From Bacteroidota bacterium (lineage in GTDB: Bacteria > Bacteroidota > Bacteroidia > Chitinophagales > LD1), in assembly GCA_025963485.1 (NCBI GenBank), contig JAOQAO010000067.1, positions 796-64,795 of the forward strand: 64,000 bases of DNA, in the 5' to 3' direction. Shown piece by piece: positions 27,244-36,200 of the stretch. The notes below the pieces were generated by a model. That model was not told where the DNA came from, did not search any database, and saw only the letters and a program-made list of their open reading frames with translations. The number at the start of each line of letters is the position of its first letter. Within the stretch, counting starts at the first letter, position 1. Both the position numbers and the translations under genes were made by a program.

Positions 27244-28545
27244 ATGAAAAGAATGCTTATTCTCATCGCTATATTGATACTGATCCCTGCCCTCTACGTT
27301 GGGGGCTTTATCCTTTATGGCACTATTACACGGTTTCAGCCAGCGCCCATAGAAGATGTAGCAGTAGAGAAGGCAAGTGCTCCCGTGACACGTACCATAT
27401 CACTCGATGATACGCTCTCATTTATGATATGGAATATAGGCTACGGAGGCCTCGGAGCAGAGACGGATTTTTTCTATGATGATGGCAAAATGGTAACAAC
27501 CCCGGAGGAATGGGTGAAGAAATATACTGATGGCATCAATACTACGATCAAAGAAAACAAAGACGTGGATTTCATCTTCATACAGGAGGCAGACCGCCAT
27601 GGCAAACGCAGCTGGAATATTGACGAGGTAGCTGGCATCAGCTCACAAGTCCCTGACCACAACTACGCTTTCGCAGTCAATTTTAATATAAAGTATCTAC
27701 CCTTTCCCTATCTCGATCCGATAGGCAATGTCTATGGAGGTATTTTAAACTGTACACGTTACACTCCCATAGAGTCAAAACGCATAGCTCTGCCGGGTAT
27801 CCCCGATTGGCCTAAAAAAGTCTTCTACCTGGAGCGCTGCCTGCTGATGCAGCGATTCAAACTGCCAAACGACAAAGAACTGGTGGTGATCAACACGCAC
27901 TTCGAGGCCTATGACGATGGCTCGGTGAAAAAAGAGCAAATGAAGCTCACCAAAAAGATCCTCGAAGAAGAATACGCCAAAGGCAATTATGTTGTGCTCG
28001 GCGGTGATTGGAATATCGCTCCCTCGGATTTCAACGTAAAAAAATGGGAAAAGGAAATCAACCATGACAAACTCTACGAGATGAATAATGACTCCAACTA
28101 CATCAAAGGCTGGAAATATGTATACGATCCCAACACCCCATCCAATCGGAAGAACAACCACTCTTTTGATCCTAAAACAACTTTCACCACTGTGATAGAC
28201 TACTTCTTTGTTTCACCCAATATAGATGTGGTGGAAGTGAAGGGCATAGATGCAGGATTCAAATACTCCGACCACAACCCGGTGCGCGTAAGACTCAAAA
28301 TGAAACCGCTCCATCCCGTAGTGGAAATACAAGACACCGTAGGCACAGTGCAGGATAGTTCAGCTATCGCCATGGACTCCACCGCTGTGGAAAAACCATC
28401 AGCAAAAGAAAAGAAGGAAGACAAAAAGGAGCCTAAGAAACCTGAATCAAAATCGGACAAAAAGGCCGCTACTAAAGAGGAAAATACCACAGAAAAGAAA
28501 GCTGTAAAGCAGACAGACAAACCCAGGAAGAAACAAGAACAATAA
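27244..28545 (+). CDS. membrane-anchored endonuclease/exonuclease/phosphatase (EEP) family protein with a K/E-rich tail
   Basis: N-terminal TM segment. EEP blocks: FMIWNIGYGG, IFIQEAD, VINTHFEAYD, LGGDWN, SDHNPV. The last ~70 aa are lysine/glutamate-rich low complexity. Confidence 0.75.
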   Translation: MKRMLILIAILILIPALYVGGFILYGTITRFQPAPIEDVAVEKASAPVTRTISLDDTLSFMIWNIGYGGLGAETDFFYDDGKMVTTPEEWVKKYTDGINTTIKENKDVDFIFIQEADRHGKRSWNIDEVAGISSQVPDHNYAFAVNFNIKYLPFPYLDPIGNVYGGILNCTRYTPIESKRIALPGIPDWPKKVFYLERCLLMQRFKLPNDKELVVINTHFEAYDDGSVKKEQMKLTKKILEEEYAKGNYVVLGGDWNIAPSDFNVKKWEKEINHDKLYEMNNDSNYIKGWKYVYDPNTPSNRKNNHSFDPKTTFTTVIDYFFVSPNIDVVEVKGIDAGFKYSDHNPVRVRLKMKPLHPVVEIQDTVGTVQDSSAIAMDSTAVEKPSAKEKKEDKKEPKKPESKSDKKAATKEENTTEKKAVKQTDKPRKKQEQ

Positions 28546-28568
28546 ATTTTCAGGAAACAGTTTTGCGA

Positions 28569-28856
28569 TCATTCAAGTAGAGATCCATATATCAGATCAT
28601 AAACTCTGAACTCATTTTCTTCAATTTTAAAGGCTATGACCCAGTTTTTGTAGATAAGGCAACTATATGATTTTGCTTCGAGATTCTTGTTACGGCACAA
28701 AGGCCATTGCACATGGTTCAGCCGGGCATATTCAGCTATGTAATCAACAAATTTTTCGATCCAACGATCCCCAGCTCCGGGACTATTTATATTATCGATA
28801 AATTCGGCGATATCAAGCATTTTCTCTGATGCTATATCGCTAAATAATACATTCAT
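28569..28856 (-). CDS. ParE/RelE-superfamily toxin-like protein
   Basis: 95 aa. The opening VLFSDIASEKMLDIAEFI and the C-terminal YSCLIYKNWVIAFKIEENEFRVYDLIYGS follow the ParE-like pattern. It overlaps the upstream small gene by 4 nt. Confidence 0.55.
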   Translation of the reverse strand: MNVLFSDIASEKMLDIAEFIDNINSPGAGDRWIEKFVDYIAEYARLNHVQWPLCRNKNLEAKSYSCLIYKNWVIAFKIEENEFRVYDLIYGSLLE

Positions 28857-29041
28857 GATGCCTTGCGCTTTTGTCTTTTCGCCTTCAGTTGCTCCTTGAT
28901 CTCTTTTAAAACCTTAGCGGATTCTTTAAATTCACCCACAGGACGATCAAGGTATTCCTTTAGCTCTGCATCAGTTGCCATCCGACCGATACCGAAAGCA
29001 ACATCATGGTTGCTTAGCTTTTTATGAGATTCTTTCAGCAT
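28853..29041 (-). CDS. putative cognate antitoxin (small basic-tailed protein)
   Basis: 62 aa, immediately upstream of and overlapping the ParE-like gene. No family recognised. Confidence 0.4.
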   Translation of the reverse strand: MLKESHKKLSNHDVAFGIGRMATDAELKEYLDRPVGEFKESAKVLKEIKEQLKAKRQKRKAS

Positions 29042-29116
29042 ATTTCAAAAAGTTAGCTCTCCAAAGATAAAGCTATTTATGCATTTTTAAGTGTGCCTGT
29101 ATTTTGCGGGCACTTT

Positions 29117-29743
29117 TTACACCATCACCCGCTGGCTGAGCTTCTGCCGGATCATAGAGACCAGCACATCTATCGCCACCAGGTTTTCGCCACCCTGCGG
29201 TACGATGATATCGGCAAATTTTTTGGTGGGTTCGATAAACTGGTCATGCATCTTTTTGACCAGGCCATAGCGCTCTATCACATCATCTACATCGCGCCCG
29301 CGCTCATGCATATCGCGATGGATGATGCGGATCAGCCTGTCGTCAGCCTCTGCATCTACAAATACTTTGATATTGCACAACTCCCTGAGCTGCACATCCG
29401 TGAATAGCAATATCCCCTCTATGATGACCACATGCCTCGGCTCGATGGGCACCGTTTCCTTCTGCCTCGTAGAGGTGATATAGTCGTAGGTGGGTTCATC
29501 GATGATCTGACCGGCTCTGATCTGGGTCAAATGTTTGTTTATCAACTCAAACTCTATCGATGCGGGATGGTCAAAGTTAATGAGCTGACGCTGCTCCAGT
29601 GTGAGATGAGAATTGTCTCTATAGTAGGCATCCTGTGACATCACGGCCACATCTGCGGTGGTAAATTTCTCCATGATCCGCCTGACCACCGTGGTTTTAC
29701 CCGATCCCGAACCGCCCGCTATACCTATTATGATGCTCTCCAT
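29117..29743 (-). CDS. udk: uridine kinase
   Basis: P-loop [14 protein letters not shown] and good overall co-linearity with Udk. 208 aa. Confidence 0.9.
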   Translation of the reverse strand: MESIIIGIAGGSGSGKTTVVRRIMEKFTTADVAVMSQDAYYRDNSHLTLEQRQLINFDHPASIEFELINKHLTQIRAGQIIDEPTYDYITSTRQKETVPIEPRHVVIIEGILLFTDVQLRELCNIKVFVDAEADDRLIRIIHRDMHERGRDVDDVIERYGLVKKMHDQFIEPTKKFADIIVPQGGENLVAIDVLVSMIRQKLSQRVMV

Positions 29744-29792
29744 ATGGGTTTTAAAGATAGAAAAAAACTTCGCGCACCCAATGTATTTGGCT

Positions 29793-29830
29793 GTTTCCGG
29801 ATTTCCGGATTTCCAGGTTTTCCTGATCCC
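29793..29830. repeat. four ~8-9-nt TTTCC(G/A)G(A/G)-type words in the udk/tatA divergent region
   Basis: gTTTCCGGATTTCCGGATTTCCAGGTTTTCCTGAtccc. Confidence 0.7.
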
Positions 29831-29903
29831 TTATCAGCCTTTAACATCCCTTACCAACCCCATTTCGCAATTATTATGTATTTTTACAGCAAAATTAAGC
29901 ACC

Positions 29904-30107
29904 ATGTTCGGATTAGGCACACCTGAGATAATATTGATACTTGCAGTAGTATTGGTTCTTTTTGGCGGCAAAAAGATCCCTGAGTTAATGCGCGGTTTAG
30001 GCCAGGGCGTCAGGGAGTTCAATGCAGCTAAATCTAATATCAAGACTGAGATAGAAGAAGGCATGAAAGAAAAACCTACACAGGTTCCTCCTTCCGACGT
30101 CAAGTAA
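29904..30107 (+). CDS. tatA: twin-arginine translocase subunit TatA/E
   Basis: [39 protein letters not shown], 67 aa from the ATG at 29904. The tracked ORF 29658..30107 has a spurious N-terminal extension. Confidence 0.9.
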   Translation: MFGLGTPEIILILAVVLVLFGGKKIPELMRGLGQGVREFNAAKSNIKTEIEEGMKEKPTQVPPSDVK

Positions 30108-30228
30108 TTGTTTCTAAAACTTAGGCATCTTACTATATTTGGATGCTCCTCTATGCAGTAGTATAGGAGAGTATCCATTTTCATTTTTATAAGACTGCGA
30201 GTCTCTTCCCCCATAGATGCTTGTATTA

Positions 30229-30247
30229 AAGCCCCCTTCGGGGGTTT
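30229..30247 (+). terminator. weak GC hairpin (C5-TTC-G5) downstream of tatA
   Basis: aaGCCCCCttcGGGGGttt at 30229-30247, directly before the gatA ATG at 30258. The stem is short, so this is tentative. Confidence 0.3.
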
Positions 30248-30257
30248 GGGGGCCAAT

Positions 30258-31661
30258 ATGTACAAAACACTCACAGACATACGATCAGCCCTCGACTCCG
30301 GACAGACCACGATCACGGACCTCGTCACGAAATACCTGGCCAATATCGACGCCAATAAGAACCTCAATGCCTTCCTCGAGGTATACGGCGATGAAGCACT
30401 CAAACGCGCCGGAGAACTCGACCAAAAAACCAAAGCCAAAGGAAAACTATACGGCCTGGTGATAGGCATCAAGGACAATATCTGCTACACCGGTCACAAG
30501 GTCTCTGCCGGCTCCAAAATACTTGAAGGATTCCAATCCATATATTCCGCCACGGTGGTAGAGCGCCTGCTCGCAGCTGATGCGATCATCATAGGCCGGC
30601 TCAACTGCGACGAGTTTGCCATGGGCTCCAGCAACGAGAACTCCGCCTATGGCCCCGTACTCAATGCGCTCGACAATGCCCGTGTGCCCGGTGGCTCATC
30701 CGGTGGATCTGCGGTAGCTGTGCAGGCTCATATGTGCCATGCTTCGCTTGGCTCTGATACAGGTGGCTCTATCCGCCAGCCGGCCTCGTTTTGCGGAGTC
30801 GTCGGCTACAAGCCCACATACGGTCGCGTTTCGCGGTATGGCCTGATCGCCTATGCTTCCTCATTTGACCAGATAGGACCTTTCTCTCATTCGGTAGAGG
30901 ATACCGCTCTCATCATGGAGGTGCTCGCAGGAGCAGATGACTTCGACAGTACGGCATCATCCAAACCTGTGCCTCTGTATTCTGCGGAAAAATTTGAAGG
31001 CAAAGCCAAAATAGCTATTCTCAAAAACACCGTAGACCATAGCGGCATCAATCCCGAGGTCCGCGCAGAGACGGAGAAGGTCATCGCTAAACTGAGATCA
31101 GAAGGGCATACCGTAGAAGAAGTAGATTTCAGCCTTACCGATTATCTCATTCCCGTTTATTATGTGCTTTCTACCGCCGAGGCATCTTCCAATCTTGCCC
31201 GTTTCGACGGTGTGCATTATGGTTATCGTTCACCACGCTCGACCGATATGGATAGCGTATACAAACTCAGCCGCACTGAAGGCTTTGGCAAGGAAGTAAA
31301 GAACAGAATCATGCTCGGCACATTCGTGCTGAGCGCCGGATATTATGATGCCTATTACTCTCGTGCGCAGAAAGTACGCCGCATGCTCAGCGAGCAGATC
31401 AGCGCGATCTTCAAGAAGTATGACTTCATCCTCATGCCTACTGCACCTTCGGTAGCATTCAAATTGGGCGAGAAGACCAGCGATCCTACAGAGATGTACC
31501 TCGCAGATATATACACCGTACTCGCCAATCTCGTAGGCACACCAGCGATCTCTTTGCCACTGGCAAAGAACTCAGAAGGCCTGCCGATAGGCATACAGCT
31601 TATGGCTGAAAAACACGCTGATGCTAAACTCTTCGCATTCTCGCGCACTTTAATGAATTGA
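30258..31661 (+). CDS. gatA: Asp-tRNA(Asn)/Glu-tRNA(Gln) amidotransferase subunit A
   Basis: Amidase signature GGSSGGSAVAV...GSDTGGSIRQPASFCG. The start is MYKTLTDIRSAL at 30258; the tracked ORF begins at a TTG at 30246. Confidence 0.92.
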   Translation: MYKTLTDIRSALDSGQTTITDLVTKYLANIDANKNLNAFLEVYGDEALKRAGELDQKTKAKGKLYGLVIGIKDNICYTGHKVSAGSKILEGFQSIYSATVVERLLAADAIIIGRLNCDEFAMGSSNENSAYGPVLNALDNARVPGGSSGGSAVAVQAHMCHASLGSDTGGSIRQPASFCGVVGYKPTYGRVSRYGLIAYASSFDQIGPFSHSVEDTALIMEVLAGADDFDSTASSKPVPLYSAEKFEGKAKIAILKNTVDHSGINPEVRAETEKVIAKLRSEGHTVEEVDFSLTDYLIPVYYVLSTAEASSNLARFDGVHYGYRSPRSTDMDSVYKLSRTEGFGKEVKNRIMLGTFVLSAGYYDAYYSRAQKVRRMLSEQISAIFKKYDFILMPTAPSVAFKLGEKTSDPTEMYLADIYTVLANLVGTPAISLPLAKNSEGLPIGIQLMAEKHADAKLFAFSRTLMN

Positions 31662-31690
31662 CCGGTTTTATTCTGATCCGGATAAATAGG

Positions 31691-33106
31691 CTAACCCAGC
31701 AATTGCTGATATTTCTCCAGTATCCAGGCCCTGTCGGCTATGTTTGAGGTGCTTTCGATCGCCTTTTTCAGTGAGGCCATTTGCACTTTGTTTTTTACAT
31801 CGGCCCGATAGAGTTTCATGGTCAGCCGGGCGAAGTTGCCATAGTTGATCTGATTTTGCTCGGATATGAGTTTCTTGCGGCGCAGGAGTATCCTGAAGCT
31901 TTCTTTGAGTGATAGCAGCGGCTCATATTCCCCCAGTTCATAGTAGGTCTTCATCAGTGTCACCTTGGCATCCAGCAGGTAGAAGACATCTGTATACTCC
32001 ACATCCTGCAGCAGCTTGAGTACTTTGTCATATTTGCCTGTGGCAAAGTAGTACCGCGCGCTATTGAATGTATAAGCATTTTTCTGCTCACTTTTTTTTA
32101 GTTTATCGAGATACTTGTCTATGAAATTGGAAGTCCATTTATAGTCTTTATTTCTAAGTCCTATAGTCACTATATTTTTGTAGTCCCATGGATTGAGCAC
32201 GCCATAGTCGTACATCAGTCCGCGCACCAGTGCATCTTTGTACAGTGTGAATATCTCCCTCTGGTATTCCGGCCTGCCGGAGTTGATCTTTCGTATGCAG
32301 TAGTTCTGTGCAAAGGCAAATCCCTCTCTCTGTGTTGCTACCTGCAGCTTATCTGCATTTTTGAAAAGGATATCCTTCAGCTTGTAGTAATGCTCCTCCT
32401 CCCCTGGCTCCGTTAGTGTCAGTATGACCTGGTGATACAGGTCTGCTACAGGAGTGAGTGGTTTGCGCCGGAGATGTTCCAGCATCTCTTTGAGTAGTGT
32501 GAAGTCATCATCGAGATTGAGGAAATGCTTGTAGTGCAGTATAGCAGCACTGTACCTGAGCTTATTGATGAAATAAAATGTGTCAAGGCTGTCGACGGCC
32601 TCAGTCAGGTGCTTTTCAGTGGTACGCTCCTTCCTGTTTTCGAGAAAGGTATTGTGCTGCGCATGCAGACGGAAAGTATGAAAGTAATAATCACGGTCGC
32701 GGTAAGGAGTCTCCTCCAGCTTGCGTACGGCCAGTGCATACGGCTCACTGAAGTTCTTGACAAGTCCCCTGTGATTGTAAGCATCGAGCAGGTAGTATGC
32801 GTCATCCGGCCCTTCCTGCTTCATACGCTCGATGGATACAAAGCTTTCCGCCTTTTTGAGCATGTCCGATAACAGTCTTGCATATTGTATCGTGGTGAAG
32901 GTCCTGGTGCCATGAGCATTCTTCCAGATATGTATCCTGTCAGGCGCTTCTGTTGGTTTGGTTTTATAGTACTGCACGAGATAGCCTATCAGCCGGATGA
33001 GCTTCTCATCCTCATTGTGATAGGGCGATGCGATAAATTTGGCAAAGCGGTTCAGCTCATGCGCATTCATCGTAGCCAGCAGATAGTGGAGTTTGGTATC
33101 CTGCAT
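31691..33106 (-). CDS. all-helical (TPR-like) protein of unknown function
   Basis: 471-aa ORF with no motif I can assign. Y/K/L-rich helical pattern. Divergent from the giant adhesin gene. Confidence 0.5.
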   Translation of the reverse strand: MQDTKLHYLLATMNAHELNRFAKFIASPYHNEDEKLIRLIGYLVQYYKTKPTEAPDRIHIWKNAHGTRTFTTIQYARLLSDMLKKAESFVSIERMKQEGPDDAYYLLDAYNHRGLVKNFSEPYALAVRKLEETPYRDRDYYFHTFRLHAQHNTFLENRKERTTEKHLTEAVDSLDTFYFINKLRYSAAILHYKHFLNLDDDFTLLKEMLEHLRRKPLTPVADLYHQVILTLTEPGEEEHYYKLKDILFKNADKLQVATQREGFAFAQNYCIRKINSGRPEYQREIFTLYKDALVRGLMYDYGVLNPWDYKNIVTIGLRNKDYKWTSNFIDKYLDKLKKSEQKNAYTFNSARYYFATGKYDKVLKLLQDVEYTDVFYLLDAKVTLMKTYYELGEYEPLLSLKESFRILLRRKKLISEQNQINYGNFARLTMKLYRADVKNKVQMASLKKAIESTSNIADRAWILEKYQQLLG

Positions 33107-33297
33107 ACTTGCAAAGTACTATTGGAATAAAATATAAGCCTGAAAGTATTACAATTAATTGAATTTACCCCTCATTATGTAAAAATCATGACGTATATAG
33201 GTCATAAAATGTACTTTTTTTACCCATAGTATCTCCGTTCATTTGTACAATCAGAGACTACCAAATACACAAAATGGCTAACTTTAAAGACTATACA

Positions 33298-36200
33298 ATG
33301 AAGACATCTCGCACCCTACTCACCGCTATCCTGCTGCTATTGGCCATCAGGAGTTTTGCACAGTCTGCCGGACCGGACCGGACTATCTCTTGCATATACG
33401 ACGGGGATGTGACTATGGCTGGTACCGGCACAGGCTATTGGACCGAGCGCGCGGGCAACCCGGGCTATGTCAATTTGAATTTCGCCAGCCAGCCAAACAG
33501 TACTTTTACTTATTTTACCACACCGGGTACTTATGGATTCATTTGGCACTCGGGTGGACAGAGTGATACTGCATTGGTAGTCGTCACTGGCAGGCCTGCC
33601 GCGGGTATAGACCGGTCTGTTATTACCACTTCCTTTCCAGGCGGCTCTACGATCATGACTGCCAGGGGCAGCGGCACCTGGACTCCATACGGGGGCAATC
33701 CTGGCTCTGCGATCATTGACGATCCTGATTCAGCTGCCACTGCCATCAGGGATTTTACCTGGCCGGGATCGTATAGCTTCATCTGGACAAATGCCAGCGG
33801 ATGCTCAGATACAGCACAGGTAGAGGTTACAGCGTCATCTTGCACTTTCTCCGTCATGGATACGGTCCTTGATGTTATGTGTTTTCTAGACCATGGTGTT
33901 GTCAGAATAGGTGCCTCAGGTGGTACTCCTCCGTATCTCTATCGGGAAGGGATAAATGGCACATGGCAAACCGACCATAGGTTCATATCATATAATGGCG
34001 AGCAGGATACATTCTATGTGCAGGATGCCAGTGCTTGTGTACAGTCCATTGTAGAGACTATGTCAAGTCCTGGCCTTGGCCCTAGTATGTCTGCTTATGC
34101 TAGCAGCATCGTCGCTCCGGGCGGCACAATCTACCTATCCTGTATGACTGATGGTATCATCAGGTCTATCGAATGGTACGGACCTCCGGGTTCTTCTTTC
34201 TCCACAGCAGCTAATCCAGCGATACCCAATGTAACTGATGGCTACGAAGGATATTACCAAGTGAAGATTACCGATATAAACGGATGCTACATGTATTCTT
34301 CTGGGATGTATGTAGCAGTGGCCGGCGCGGCCGGTGTCAATCAGAATACCCCTTGTACCACATTACCTGGTGGGAGTGTGACAATGAGTGCAAGTGGTAC
34401 CGGTACCTGGGCCGCACTGGCGGGCAATCCCGGCACGGCGACGATCGTATCTCCGACCGATTCGGGCACTGTCATCAATGCATTTAGTACCGCCGGCACA
34501 TATGGATTCGTATGGACCTATACAGGCGGCCTGACGGATACCGTGCTGATCACGGTGAAAGCCAAGCCTAATGCGGGAGTGGACCGGACAGCTAGTGTGG
34601 GTGGTTCTGCTACTATGGCTGCGTCAGGTACAGGCTCATGGTACGCCCGCTATAACAATCCTAGCTCAACTACCATCACATCGACCACATCACCGACAAC
34701 CACTATTACTTCCTTCAGCACGCCAGGTACTTACTACTATATATGGACCAATAGCAGCGGCTGCACTGATACTGCTGCGGTGGTAGTCACTGCCGCATTT
34801 GGTGCAGGACCCGATCAGACACTATCATGCATATCCCTGGCCGGTGGCTCGTCTACGATGGCAGCGATGGGTACCGGTACATGGTCTGCACGTGCGGGCA
34901 ATCCGGGCACTGCTACCAGCGGCTCTGCTACCAGCGCTACGACCACGATCACTACATTCAGCGCAGCTGGCACCTATGGATATATATGGACGGGCACAGG
35001 CGGACAGAAGGATACCATGCTGATCACCATCACGGCTAAACCCAATGCCGGCGCTGACAAGTCGGCTATAGTGAACGGCCAGGCTACGATGGCAGCTACC
35101 GGCGCGGGTACCTGGACAGCCCTGTCAGGCAATCCCGGCACTGCTACCATCACCACACCTACCTCGGCTACCACCACTATTACACTTTTCAGCACTACTG
35201 GCACCTACCGCTATATCTGGACCAATAGCAGCGGCTGCAAAGATACAGCTGCAGTAGTTGTGACCAATGGCACGATAAGTGCCGGACCTGATCGCACCAT
35301 ATGCCAGTCCACATATATTTTAATGCAGGCTACTGGTTCTGGCACATGGACATCGCTCAGCAGCAATCCGAGCATAACACATGTATCGCCACCGACCTCG
35401 CCTACCGGATCTGTGCAGTATCTCGATGTAGTAGGGACGTACGGCTTTGTATGGACCAGTGGCAGCCTCAGCGATACTGTTTATATCACAACTATCGCCA
35501 AGCCCTATACCGGTGGTACTATATATGCCTGCTCCAGAGATACCAGCGTGACCACAGTAGCCTCAGGTACGGGTGTATGGAGATTTCTGTCAGGCCCTGC
35601 CGCGGTAGTGATCGCAGATACCACAGCAGCGGTCACCACTATCCGGCTAAACGGTACATCTTCGGGTTTTTATTACTTTTCATGGGTCAATAGTGCGGGA
35701 TGCTCTGATAGTTTCAGAGTATATACGCTCAGTTGTGGACTCGCAGGTGTGGACCAGTCTACAGGCTGTCCTTCCTCCCTGTCAGGTAGCACCGTGACTA
35801 TGGATGCTACCGGTACCGGCTCCTGGGCTGCACGAGCTGGCAACCCAGGTACAGCCACCATCACATCGGCCAGCAGCCCCAATACTACGATCACCAACTT
35901 CAGTACTGCAGGTATTTATGGCTTTGTCTGGACATCATCAGGCGGCGTGAAAGATACTGCCCTGGTCAATGTCAGCCTGAAGCCAAATGGTGGCGCAGAT
36001 AAGACAGCATCTGTAGGCGGCACAGCCACGATGGCGGCTAGCGGCACAGGATACTGGGGCAACCTTTCGACCAATCCCGGCTCAGCTACTATTACCTCTA
36101 TCAACAGTTCCTCTACTACGATCACTTCATTTAGCGCGCTGGGTACTTATCTTTTCCTATGGGTAAACTCCGGCGGGTGCCAGGATACTGTAGCAGTCGT

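Noticed and set aside
29834-30478. 214-aa minus-strand ORF spanning tatA and the gatA start, and the long N-terminal extension of ORF 29658..30107
   Set aside because: They overlap two confidently assigned + strand genes. TatA clearly starts at MFGLGTPE (29904), and the upstream extension crosses the udk start region.
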